This document shows positions 12,197 to 24,850 of a stretch of 64,000 nt of DNA, in pieces. Origin of the DNA: Enoplolaimus lenunculus (Eukaryota). Position numbers and translations under genes: made by a program. The stretch covers positions 186,001 through 250,000 of the forward strand of contig JASANG010003092.1 of the NCBI GenBank assembly GCA_030248215.1, given 5' to 3'. The notes beneath the pieces were generated by a model, which worked only from the letters and a program-made list of their open reading frames with translations, did not search any database and had not been told where the DNA came from. Position 1 is the first letter of the stretch. Each line of letters starts with the position of its first letter.

Positions 12197-15100
12197 TGTT
12201 GTTGTTGTTGTTGTTACTGCTGTTATTACTGTTACTGTTGTAATTGATATTGCAGCTGTTGTAATCGTTGCTATGGTTGGTATTATTTTTCTCGCTGTTT
12301 CCACCAAAGTCAGCAGTCTTTTGTAGTTTTCCACCAATTCCTAACGATTTAGTGTCGATTTTTTGTTTATCAGGTCGATCAGACCGTATCATATAGCTGA
12401 TAACAGCAAGTTCTGCGAGCGCAACAAACAGAAATGCAATACCACCAAGCATCCAAATATCTACAAAATAAATAGATAAAACAGTTTTAAGTATTTGCCT
12501 ACCATGTATATGCTGTTTGGAATCACAACAATACGTCACCCGACAGCTTGTTATTAACCGACAACTGGTAACAAACATTTCGTCAGCCACGACAGATTTT
12601 GGAGACGAAAAATTTGCTGACAACTCGTCGACTCGATAACTTATCACCCGCATTGACAACTAAGTATAGACTTTAGGTTGCTGTAAAGGTGAGAAGTTAT
12701 CAGTATAGACGAGATGTTGGGCGATAAGCTGTCGGAAAGCGATCTAAGTATTTACGCAACTTAAGTAACCTTTTAAAAACAACAAAATGGTTAAGCAACT
12801 ACTTAACACGTACTTAAGTCCCAAGTCGTACTTAAGTAGGGTTTCAGAAACCGAGCTAATATCTTATTACAAGTATCAGTAGTCAACTATCTACGTTTGT
12901 TTTTATGAAAACAATAGCAACAACTGCGGTCAGCAAAGTCACATGGGTATCATATTTAATGCACTGAAATTAAACGTAAAATTGTTGTGAATAGTTGGAT
13001 TTTTCTTCCAAGATCACATACCAATTGCTTTGATGTAGCTGACTCTGGGCATATTTTGAACAACTGTTCCAAACTGAAATGTCATCGCCAAAAACGCACT
13101 TATACTCAGCGTTCCTCGCGTTCCCAATTCGATTGGATCCATCCAAAAATTAATCCACGCAACAAAGATAACCATATAAGTAGGAGCATATGCCTTAAAT
13201 TAAATTATAATTACAATTTCGTTTACAGTAGCTACTTCTAATAAATTGTGTCCTCGGCACTGTAGTTACCCGAATAAGAGAGTAGACTGATATTTATTTT
13301 TCCTCTGCAGAAGGTACCGCTGTTATTCGGCTTCGGATTATTTTTTTAATTCACCAAATTTTTGTTGGACCCCACACTATTCTTTTTATACTCTTTCTGT
13401 TGGGCTGAACTGACTTGCTCCGAAGCATTTTTGTTGATTGCTATGTATGTTAATCAAGTTTCTGGATTTACTAAAATTTATGTGGGTTGTCTGAGTGAGT
13501 ATTACATATTTGAGCAATCTTGGCCAGAGTGAAACTTTACCCGACCGGTCGGTTAAAAATTATAAAAAGCATAAGTTGTGTGTTTTATTTAGTTTGGATT
13601 GAAATTTTTTGTTTCTGGTAAACCTTCATGTGTAAAATTGATAGGAGCTATAACGCAAAACTTCAGTAAAGTGCAAATCCAAGCGATCTTTAAAATACTG
13701 GTTTAACTTCATGCGAGTGTAAAAGGCGGGTATTGGGTAGATCTTTCAAGCTTTGGCGAACCCGCGGCTAAAAATTTCTTATTTGCCTGTGCAGAACGCG
13801 AATCGGGCAAAAAATCCTTACCCACATCCCACTGTGGTCCAAGCCATTGATCCGCTTTGGTCTCTGTTATGGACTTTAATTAATACTTATCAACTCTATT
13901 CACGAACGCAATTAAAGACAGGATACAGACTACTTTTGATTGGCTCTCAAAATTGGGACCGCTCTCTCTTATATGAATGACTGCAGAAACAATGTTATTA
14001 ACTTGTTTTTCTATTTAGATTTAAATTTCTAAAAATGCTAATGCTAGCAATTGCTCGAATGCCATGCGTGCTAGAACCGTGGCAAAATAAACAACAAAAA
14101 TGACCAAATATCAAAGGTTAAATTTGTTAATTACGTTTTGATAGTTTTTGTTGGCCCTAAAAATGTTCTGTTTTCCATGGACATGTGAATTTCCATTTAC
14201 CAACAAGCAACCAGTCATAGCGATAAACCTGATTTTACAATTAACAAAAGATCGAACAACAGAGAATGCCAAAACCGCATGGCCACATTTCTAGTATCCT
14301 GAGTCTACAGCTTCTATGAAAATAGCAAAATGTCTTTCAGTGGATCCCGCACAGCTAAGAAGAAGGATTTGGCGCTCAAAATATTGAAGGTTAATTCTTA
14401 GAATTGCGAAATTAATTGTTTTTCTCAAACCTGTAAAAATTTTACGAGAATGTATGTCATCCAGTAAACCCCCCCATGAAGACTGCTCTAAAGTGAATAT
14501 TAACTCCGGTCTTCGCGGTAAAAACGTTCGCTATATTCATGCAACAAGTCGTAGCCCAAGCCTTAATTCAACCCAAATTGCGAATTGGGTTAGCCCAATT
14601 TCGAATTGGGCTAGGCTAGTCCAGGGTGGAATTACGACTTGTTCGAGCTCACGGCGTAGTTGTTTCTCTGTTACAAGTGCGCACCTTGTGATTGGTTACT
14701 ACCTTATACTACTCTGTCGTACTAAAGCAAAAATTAAAACTTAAATTGCCATTTACTTGTAATATGAAAAAACCGTAGCGTCGTTCGAAATGAAATGTAA
14801 CTTTGAGCTGATCCCAAAACCCGTTTGGATATAAAATGCGTTTTTGTTCAAGTACGTGTTTAATCAAAATAAAGTCAGGAAGTTCAATTGTTTTGACGTA
14901 CGAGATTGGCTGATCTGAAATTAATATAGTAAACAATACAAGATGCTCAAACCAGAGCCAGCTAGGCATATGTTAGGGATTACAAAAATGTAAGCACGCA
15001 TCATGTGACATTTTACCATGTTAACAAGCGGGTCAATAGCTTTTGAGGGAAGGGGTGTAAATTTTGGCTCTTATACACTTCTCGCCGAGTTTAAGGTTAA

Positions 15101-17462
15101 CCTTTAGGCTTAGGCTCAAATTTAGGCTAAGTGAAAGATCTTGGCTTTAAGCGCTATTTATACTATGTGCTATTATTCTGCTACAGTATACTGATGACAG
15201 ACGTGTTATTTTCATACCTAAACACAGCTAGGAACAAATACGAAAAACCAAACATTTATGAAACTAAATTGTGAGAAAATTGTTTAGAACCGATAGGCGT
15301 GTTCACAACGGGAACATGGGTGATATATCACACCGAAATTTTAGGAAAGACTCCGAAAACGCAATTTGTACAGGCTGATTAGTAGTCTGCACAGGTACAA
15401 AAACCCTTACAAATGGTACGCTGGCTTGCAAATTTTTCTAGACTTCGTTTTATTGCCGCTGAAAATTAAATCTTGCTTAGCACCGGTGTTTAGAGCGATT
15501 ACACATGATTTGCTGAACGCAACACAGTGCCAAAATACTTACGTTCTAGCCAGTGTAATCGAACATTTCTTGAATTATAACTGTAACTTTCGAAAATTAA
15601 TGTACACGGTTGAAAGTCGAACGGAAATGTTTTCAAATCAATGTGACACGGCGCTTTGACTTTCATTCGACAATTACGCCACACACGTCCGTCATCGTAA
15701 ATGATTAAAAATACATTCTGCGACGGTGAATTGTGTATAACTGCTGATTTTGAATTGACTATACAAATATTAGGCTGCCAAAGTTTTTCCAAATATTCTA
15801 AACCAATTGTAAAATTTGACAGCGTGACACCCGGTAAATGACTATAGTTCATCGCTGGGTCTTGCCAGATTTCCGAAAAAAATATGTCGAGTTCAAACTC
15901 AGAGTCGACTTCAGATAGCGAAGTGACGTCATTGATGAGTATTTCAACGTCGACGGTGACACCTGAAACGTAGACCGCTATTTTTCAGATGTGTGTAGCG
16001 CCTATCACCAACACAATACTACTGAGGTATGTAAGCATTAACCCTTTCACTCATAGAGTATACTATGAGCAACTAAATACAATAATGTAAGAGCAATGTA
16101 CACACTGTGAGCAGTGTTTAACATTTGCGCAGTACAGAATTTCCACAAGACGTGAGAGCCTACTCGGGCTCGAGCGTCAAGCTCCTATAGCTCGGTGGTC
16201 ATCTTAAACGCCTCCCACCCATGAGACTGGGGATCGAATCTTACCTTGAAATTACATCTCATATGAAATTGAAAATATTTATGTGAGAAAGGGTTAATCG
16301 TGATTTTTAAAATTTCATAGAAAAAATGCAAGATTTTTATTTGAATTTTGTGAGTTTTATTTCAAATCGAACAATTAGCAGGATATATTTTTTGAAAAAC
16401 TAAGCGAAACAATAATATATCCGGTATTTCTATAACGGTAACGGAAACGGATACTGATTTTAAACTGAAACAGAAACCAATATTCGATTATATCGTGCCA
16501 GCAATATAAATACGTTTTTCAACAAGCGAACTGTGACATATTCTAATTCCGAAAAAAAATGAATTTCACTGTGCATTAGTTGTCGCAACGAATGTCGCAG
16601 CATCTTGAAATTGCTCACACTGGTGATCATGAAATTAATTCAAATTTATGCTTACGAAGCATGCTTAATACTCTGTGGTTGCAATAAATTAATCGAACTT
16701 GCAAGGAAAACTGTCGCAGATTGACTGAATAGGTCTTGTAAAACAAGTCATAGACGTTATGCATTTGTTTAACGCTAAAATGATAGAATGAAAATTTTGA
16801 TTTCGATACGATACGATAAGTTTGTAGCGATAAATGGATATAACTTCAAGGTTCGTCTTATTGCGCGATTCTGTGGTTGACTTTAACTTTTAGCGGCGCT
16901 GTAATGTATAACACATTTCGATGCAATAACATCCTATTCAAAATAACTCGATACTGACAACTGCTACGCTTTTGACAAATGCATTTGTCTTTCAATTAAT
17001 TTTACAAAGCTGACATTGAGCAAGCGTCGGTCGCCGCTGTGAAATTCCACCCGGTGGTGAAAATTAAAGTAAATCACACACGCACACATTACCATCTTTC
17101 ATCGGTATCGCTTGTTTATTGTAATCTTTCATAATATTCGTTACAATATATTCTTCTTCGCTTCCAAACTGACTACGATCAACGCGTTCGACTACTACAT
17201 TATCTTTTTCTTGCTGTTGCTGTTGCTGTTGTTGTTGCTTTTGTGATGGTTGTTGCTGATTTTGGAGCAAAACTGTTGCCGGTGCGTCTGCCGGAAGACA
17301 ATAACAACTCGACAGTGTTGCGTTCATAGTTCCGCGTGTGACAGGAATCGCAGGAATAGGAAGCCTTCGTGAGTTCTCAGCTGACAAACCAAGTTGAGCC
17401 GTTTGGGCCAAAAGACTCACAGATAGTATCATTGTTCCGAACCCTCCAACTGTTGCGTTCAT
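10185..17462 (-). CDS. Cys-loop ligand-gated ion channel subunit, MOD-1/LGC-50/ACC-like group, 722 aa
   Basis: Exons 17462-17093, 15962-15543, 14914-14757, 13193-13022, 12460-12002 and 10774-10185 (2169 nt, phases 1,1,0,1,1). Signal peptide; Cys loop CHIDLKTFPFDFQPC; loop B ESYSY; loop C YPNGFWDQL; M1 AYAPTYMVIFVAWINFW; M2-M3 [24 protein letters not shown]; M4 IDKFCIVAYPPLFLIFNLAYWIYY. Confidence 0.95.
12148..12245 (-). repeat. Coding (AAT)n/(AAC)n microsatellite encoding poly-Asn in the M3-M4 loop
   Basis: tattattat.../gttgttgtt... on the + strand, in frame within exon 5 of the channel. Confidence 0.9.
16042..16293. mobile_element. piggyBac-like MITE (TTAA|CCC...GGG|TTAA)
   Basis: ttaa|ccctttcactcata ... 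tatgtgagaaaggg|ttaa. A partial relative ends at about 29746 (gaaagggttaa). Confidence 0.65.
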
Positions 17463-18904
17463 TTTGTTTATTTGATATTTAAAACTTTTGGCGAATTAAT
17501 TCAACAGGTTGCGGATTTGAGCCTTTTGAGATGTAGTGTTAGGATGAATTCTGTTCCATTACTTAAAAACAATGTTAGGTTAATTAAGGTATAAAACTTA
17601 GCACCAAGATTTAAGAGGCCTTTGAAGCCTAATGATACGTGTTCGAATGGTAAAAAATGGCTGACAAATGTGCAACATTTTTCATCTGTTGATGCATAAT
17701 GTAACAAACAGTTTTAAGCTGAGCATTGGAAGGGCTGATCAGCATTTTAGCACCTTACGCTTCAAGTATAATAATAAGGCTAACGATTAACTTAAAATTT
17801 AGTAATTATGAAACGTGTTTTTAATTTTATACACCATTGCACTAAACTGAAATCAGTACACTGTCATTTATTCGCGATTTGATCATTACCTGAGATCTGA
17901 TGATGCTTTAAGGAGAGAATGAATAAAGTCATGAAAAACCATTAAGTTTAGGCTTACTGCTTATGGTTGTTGTTCGACTTTGAAAATGCGCAACGGACTG
18001 TTAAATTTGAAAATATTGCAGCTAAATTATTGTAATTAGCATCAAACGTATTTGGAAATAGCGTTTTAAGAAAATACACAAATTAATTTTCAAGTATTAA
18101 TAAACCAGTTTTGAGTGACTCAAATGCTTAAATTGTAAAGGTCACAGTATGAAATATGCAAAAAAATTGCTACGGAGAGAAAATATTGAAGCAATATTAA
18201 TATCCATACTTTTCGGATACAATGGCTTCAACTTTCGATAATTACCTGTTTATGTATTTCTGTATACGCACTCAAATTATGACGAATTACCACAATTTAA
18301 AACAAAATGATGAAAAAAGTTTGAAAAGTTTATTTCTCGCGTCTGAAAATATAATAAAATCACTGGGGTTTGATATAATAGCAAACTTTTAAGCATAAAA
18401 TCGAATTAACAACGTCTATTTTGCTGAATACATACCAGAATATAATACAAGTTTCTGGTAAACAGGTGGTATACAAAGACTTCAATATCTCTGAGGATAC
18501 TGAAAACAAAGCACGTTTAATATCCTTTCTAATAACGTTCTGGATTATAGACTTAGAAAAACAATTTTATACAACATGAGGTTTATACCATCCAGAACCA
18601 AAATCCTAACTAGCCCAATGCAGATGATTTAAAAACATTCTTTAACCATATTTCAACAACATACCGGATTTTATAAGAGCCCACCCTTGAAATATAATAA
18701 AAACTCAAAAGATACACCGAAAACGATGGCGTGTGTGGAATTGTGTAATACAATCGTCGCGGTTGGCTATAAATTTCACACAAAAACGCATATTTATTGG
18801 CATTTTTTTGTAGAGTTTCAGGTGTTCATTTCAGTAAAATGCTTTTCTTTTTATTAACCAAAATGTTTGAAGTAATTTTCTCTTGAAGAGGTGAATCGTA
18901 TGAT

Positions 18905-19026
18905 AAATTGAGAATTTTATACAAATGAAATTGAGAATTTTAAACAAATGAAATTGAGAATTTTAAACAAATGAAATTGAGAATTTTAAACAAATGAAAT
19001 TGAGTATTTTAAACAAATGAAATTGA
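18905..19026. repeat. 23-bp tandem repeat, about 5 copies
   Basis: (aaattgagaattttaaacaaatg)n. Confidence 0.9.
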
Positions 19027-20912
19027 CAACAGCTGTAGTGCGCTTATAAATGTCAATTTTTTGAAACCAAAGAAGGTCATGAATGCATTCGATCATTTTA
19101 TAACAGGCATCTCAAAATGAATGTAATTTTACTCAAAACTATTCTAGATTATTTAATGTAGGCATTGTAATTTGGTATTTAAAGTGAAAAAATTGTCAAA
19201 AATCGCTCTTATGAATAAAAAAATACTTTTTAGTACGAATCAACTGGTTACACGACTCTCGTCACACCAGATAACTGGTCGGCCGACACTTCGTAACCCG
19301 ATATCTCATAGACTCGACAGTTTATCGCTCACAATTTGTTCTTCAGCTTTAACCTTTTAAGCCTGATCCCAAACTTAATCCTAAACCTATGGGAGAGAGT
19401 AAACCAGAGGTGACGACGTTCAATACACCATGAAGACAGCCAAATAACATTATATTTACTCAACCTGTGATTTTGCAATGAAATATTGTGATGCATTGAT
19501 TTTTTCGTCTCTTCTACACCGATCTCGTGATTACAGGTTGCAAACTCCGTGACAATCTCTGTTTCGGATTTGTTTTTATTCAGTAAAACAATAGTACTGT
19601 ATCATTACGACCGAAATTTTTCAATACAAATCATTTTCACGTTTCATTTGCAGTAGCAGCATAGGTTACATATTTCACTTTAACTTTTACCCGCATACAG
19701 TATACAGTGAGCTACACGCACTAATAACAGCTAAATAATACTCAATGCGAAATGTGGAACAATTATACTTATTCAAAGTACAAAATCTCCACAAAACGTG
19801 AGTGCTCGTAGCGTAGAAGAACGCTAAGTTGTTATATACTCTAACGGAGATGTTAAGCAACTTCAATCCGGAGCGTGGAGTTTGCAAATTTCCACTTGAA
19901 GCTGGATTTCGGATGTTATGTTGAAATTATTAATTTGGGAAAGAGTTAAATAACAAACACTTTGACACTGGACGGTGACCGGATTTCACTTTCTGGTAAA
20001 AATCAGTGTCCGTTTCCGTTTCTGTTATAGAAATACCGAAAATTCTGTGATTTTTAAGCACTGAATAAGTTATAAATCAAGTATATCTCGCCATTTTTTA
20101 TTACAGATATGCTGCAATTGTTTGATATGAAATAAAAAATCATCCGCTATTTGTGCTTTAAAATGTTAGAAAACCCGGCGAATATTTGCATGCGTCAATT
20201 GTGTTAGCAGAAAAAAAGAACATCTTTGAAATGTTTATCCGTCAATATCCAATTTTCGTTTCCGTTATTTTTACTATCCGTTTACACCACACTGAATGCC
20301 ATCTCGAATGGAAAACAACAGCGAAGTGCTTCCAAAATTTAAAACGTATTGCCTATTTGATGTCAAGTTCGCACCTCCACTGAGCATTCGTTTGCTGCAT
20401 AAATAAATAAGCTAAGCATGAAAGCAGAGTCTAGACTTTGGCCAACAATATGCAAATTTAGCCAATCTTAGTTTTTAGTGCATAAATATTCTAAATAAAT
20501 CAGGGTGAAGCGAATTAAAAATGTTAAAACTGTGGTTTACCGACGGCAAAAACTGTATCGTAGCATTGTCGCAACTTTGTAAGGAAGAAAACTTGAATAT
20601 AGCCTTAGGTGGATTTTTATCTTTGAAGCATGCTTTGTACAGAAACCTGACCGGCCCGATTAATTTATAGTCGTGGGGGTCATTTTTATCGGAGGAACTG
20701 AAGTTCAATTTCATTGCCCAAAGAAGCATGAAATTGGCAGAACGGTTTCGCCTAATTTGTGGAAATACTAAAAGGACCTTCCACCACCGGTTCTTTTGCA
20801 TTTCATTTTAAGTGACCGTATAAGGTTTTTACATTAATATATCGACCACTGGAAAGAAAGACCTTTGATGCTTAAAGTGACAATTTTCAAAGAACATAGC
20901 GCTCACAGTGCG

Positions 20913-21072
20913 GGGCCGTAGCCAAGGGTAAGCAAGCAGGTGTTAACCCCCTGAAAATTTCGCCCCCCCCCCCTAAAAAATCTTCAAACTGGCTTCTAAG
21001 ACAACAAAATCCCTTGTATGCCCTCTTGAAATTTTTTAGCTCCCCCCTAGCAAGGTAAGCTGGCTACGAGCC
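20913..21072. mobile_element. ~160-bp MITE family (ggccgtagcca...tggctacg ends)
   Basis: Copies or fragments near 11534, 27810-27962, 28417-28582, 49790-49980, 50715 and 61963-62121 share ccccctagcaaggtaagctggctacg. Confidence 0.7.
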
Positions 21073-21502
21073 GGTCACGGTGTCAGTGAGTATGACACCT
21101 TGGGAATAAAACAATATTTTTGTCTAATTCCACAGTTCTCAGTATTATTTCCCATGAATATTCATACACGACGCAAACAAACTAATACCGGAACACTAAA
21201 ATTATAGTTAAAACTGATTGAATTTAATAATCCGGTCTGTTTTGAACCGGTATTTGGGTGGAATTAAATTATTTTGGAATTTTAAGAGAAACTTCAACGA
21301 AGATGCAGAAGGGGATGTACAAGGTCGCAGGAACAATGTTTTCAGTTTTTTCTAGGGGTGTTATACAGGAGCACAACTAAACCCACGACGGAGTGTCAAT
21401 GAAAACCGGCAAAGTGTCCGAATATTTTAGACAGACATGAGTCAAAAAATAGTTATGCGACAACACTGCGCATTTTTCGCGTAATATGTTTTAAATTCGA
21501 AC

Positions 21503-21757
21503 ACAGTGTAAATTCCAATGAGTCGATTAATCAACTCAGAGACAGAATTAGTTATTTCTGGATGTTTTTGAGATCATATAAGTAAATGTTAACTCACTCT
21601 GAGCTGATTTAATTCCGGGTGAATTGATTAAAGATTAATTAACTCAGGAGTTCAAATTAATTAACTCTGGAGTTCTGAACGACATAATTCAGAGCTCAGG
21701 CATCTCAATAAATTCAACTGATTCTGAGTTTAAATAAACTCACTAAAATTTACACTG
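21503..21757. mobile_element. ~250-bp MITE (cagtgtaaatt...aatttacactg); inverted copy at ~30804-31054
   Basis: Terminal inverted repeats plus internal aactcag motifs shared between the two loci. Confidence 0.65.
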
Positions 21758-23096
21758 TACACAACTTAAGTTGTGGTAGGTTTTTGAAGGTGTCGGCGAC
21801 CCCACTGGGTTTTCAAGGGTGGTCGACGGAACAGCTCTCGTTTAGAAAATTTTTGACACTTGTTCATAAACTGTATTTCTGAACAAAGCTAAACATTTCT
21901 AAAACTACAAACCCTAACTTTTTTTCCAAACGTATATTCGGTACAAGATGCTTAAAACTATACAAAATAACAAATCCTTGGGATAACCGGAACCAATTGT
22001 CAAAATTATTCTGCCAATCACTCGTAAGTACATTTGTAAAAGTGAACCCGAACGATCCCGAGAAAATAAAAGAGTTCTGAAAAATTTAAAACTATACAAA
22101 GTTGTTATAAAATGCACAAAATAAACACAAAATAAACAACTGTTTACAGTACCAAAATCAGCTAATAATTGTTGTAGCTTTTTAGACATAATCGTTTATT
22201 TTAAAGTTTAAAGATTTGGTGTGATTGAACCAAAGATTGCTGTTTTGCGGTGAATTTTTAAACAAACGTCTGTTTCAGACAGCATCCATTGTAACACCTG
22301 ATTTTCCCCCAGGACGCTGCTTCATCAATCGTTAACCTTTCATAGATCTTTTCGAATAATAAATAAAGCAAAAAATCTTCGAAATTCACAACAAAAATAG
22401 CCTATGTTACTTTAAACGTCATTCTGTTTAACCAAAGGTCTGCCATACAGTAGGCTTAGTCTTTAGACTACGCGCCCTTCTTCTGTGACTTTGACCCGTG
22501 AAGTTAGCTTATAGGCATTAACAAACAGCGGCATGCATTTAAAACAAAAGTTACGCTGAATCTTTGTGTCTGTTCAGAACTGTAGCAGCTCATACGTCCT
22601 TGTGACGGCAAAACCATTTTATCAGAAACATTCCGGATTGGAGGAATATTAAATGGCTTACAAATCAAACTAAAATATTTTTAGCCGGGACTCCCAGGGT
22701 AGATATATCGTTAAAGGTGCCCCAAAACCTAATTCGCACAAGTTCCGCATGTCGACGAATTGACGGGCCACAGCTAACCGCAAAAGCCGACTTACTAAGC
22801 CTAAGCCTGAACGCTTTGCTGATTTTCATAATCTTTATGTCCCACAGTTTACTGTTTTGTAGTGATCGGGCCCTTATAATTTACATGGGGTCAAGTACGG
22901 ACCCAAAATATCTCCATAAAAGAAAGCTAGTTAGTTTAACGGCTGACACCAGATTTGATTCAGATTATTGGCCCTAGCGAAAAGTTTACGATGCTTAATA
23001 CTTATGAAATTTGCAGAATGAGCAAAAACAAGCAGTTGCACCGTTTTTCATATAAAAAGGTCAAAAAGTTTTGGTAGGAGTATATCATACTTAAAA

Positions 23097-24112
23097 CCAG
23101 TCGTAGTGGGACTACATTGAGCGAAGCTCGAACACACGTAAGCAATTAAGGTAATATGCAAATTAGTTATTAGCTAACTATTCATTTATCGCTTTTGTAG
23201 GTTTGTATGCAATTTCCTCAGATTCCTCGCACCCAAAAACCCTTCAACTACCCTAATAATTACATATTGGAATAATTTAAAAAGTCCTAATTTTGTCTCG
23301 TCAATTAAGCAAATATGCAAATCATCTATTAGCTAACCATTCGATAACCGCTTTTAAAGGTTTGTAGACAATTTATTCAGATTACTCGCACCTAAAAACC
23401 CATTACTGCTGAAATTAGATTGCTTGTAACCCTAATAAGTAGTGAAACATTGTAAAAGCGCCTAATTTAGGCTTATCAATTATGCTTACATACAAATTTT
23501 TATTGGCTAACTACTCAATTATCAGTTTTTCACGTTTGTAAACAATTTATTCGTATTTCTCGCACCTAAAAACCCTTTAGTGCTGAAATTATATTGCTTC
23601 TAACTGTAATAATGAGTGAAATATTGTAAAAAGTCCTTATTTAGGCGTATAAACTATGTTAATATGCAAATTATCTATTAGCTAACTGCTCAGTTATCGG
23701 TTTTAGGGGTTTGTAAACAGTCTACGCAGATGTCTCGCATCCAAAAACCGTTTAATGCTAAAATTAGATTGCTTCTAACTGTAATAGTTAGTGAAGTATT
23801 GTGGAAAGTCCTAATTTAGGCTTAATTAATTATGCAAATTAGCCTGTAGCTAATAAACGGCTTAAAATTTTAAAACCCCAATACGAGGTTAATACCCCAG
23901 GATAATTGGCTTTCAAACAAAACAAAGTTTATCGAAATCGGTTCAGCCGTTCCTGAGATTCTTTTCGGGCGGACAGACTGACAGACGGACAACCGGACAG
24001 ACGGACAGACGGACAACCGGACAGACGTGCAAACGGACGGACGGACATTCACCTTTCGACCCCCAAGTGCAAAACATAAAACGCTTCGCGAAACTCCGAG
24101 CTTCGCTCAAAA
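23097..24112 (-). mobile_element. DINE-1/HINE-like (Helentron-associated) non-autonomous element, copy 1
   Basis: 14-bp subterminal inverted repeats ttgagcgaagctcg (23117-23130) and cgagcttcgctcaa (24097-24110). Terminal hairpin gtagt-ggg-actac, (GTCC/GTCT)n microsatellite at ~23968-24046, internal ~120-bp tandem units and T-rich flanks. Confidence 0.75.
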
Positions 24113-24317
24113 AGACGTTTCAGCTCTTGTAAACACTTCACGCATTCCAGACTAAAGCTTAGGACAGGGGACCCTTGTATAGAACAGGGCCGGAACAGTA
24201 GTATAAGCATATTCCTAAGGCTGATCCTAAACCTAAGCGTAAGGACCAATGTTACTTTAAAGGCCGTTCCATTTTCCCGGGACAGAAATGTACCATGAGT
24301 ACATTCAAAAAATATAA

Positions 24318-24850
24318 TTGGGACAGCGGGACAGTTGGGACAGATGAGACAGTGGGACAGATGGGACAGTTGGGACAGATGAGACAGTTGGGACCGATGG
24401 AACAGAGGGACAGATTGGACCGTTGGGACAGATGGGACAGTTGGGACAAATGGAACCGTTGGGACAGATGGGACAGATGGACACTTGGGACAGTTGGAAC
24501 AGAAGGGACAGTTGGGACAGATGGGACAGATGGGACATTTGGGACAGTTGGGACAAACGGGACAGATGGGACAGATGGGAGAGTTGGGACAGATGGGACA
24601 GATGGGACAGTTAGGACAGTTGGGACAGATGGGGCAGATGGGACAGATGGGACAGATGGGACAGTTGGGACAAACGGGACAGATGGGACAGGGACAGTTG
24701 GAACAGATGGGACAGTTGGGACAGATGGGATAGATGGGATAGATTGGACAGTTGGGACAGTTGGGACTCATGGGATAGTTGGGACAGTTGGGTCAGTTGG
24801 GACAGATGGGACAGATGGGATAGTGGGGACAAACGGGACACATGGGACAG
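24318..24850. repeat. 9-bp G-rich minisatellite (GGGACAGWT)n inside a TIR element spanning 24171-24932
   Basis: Nearly 60 degenerate units. Flanking TIRs acccttgtatagaacagggccg / cgaccctgttctatacatgggt match at 20 of 22 positions. Confidence 0.95.

Noticed and set aside
12005..12337. Poly-Ile/Thr/Val hydrophobic ORFs
   Set aside because: Alternative frames of the AAT/AAC repeat within the channel exon.
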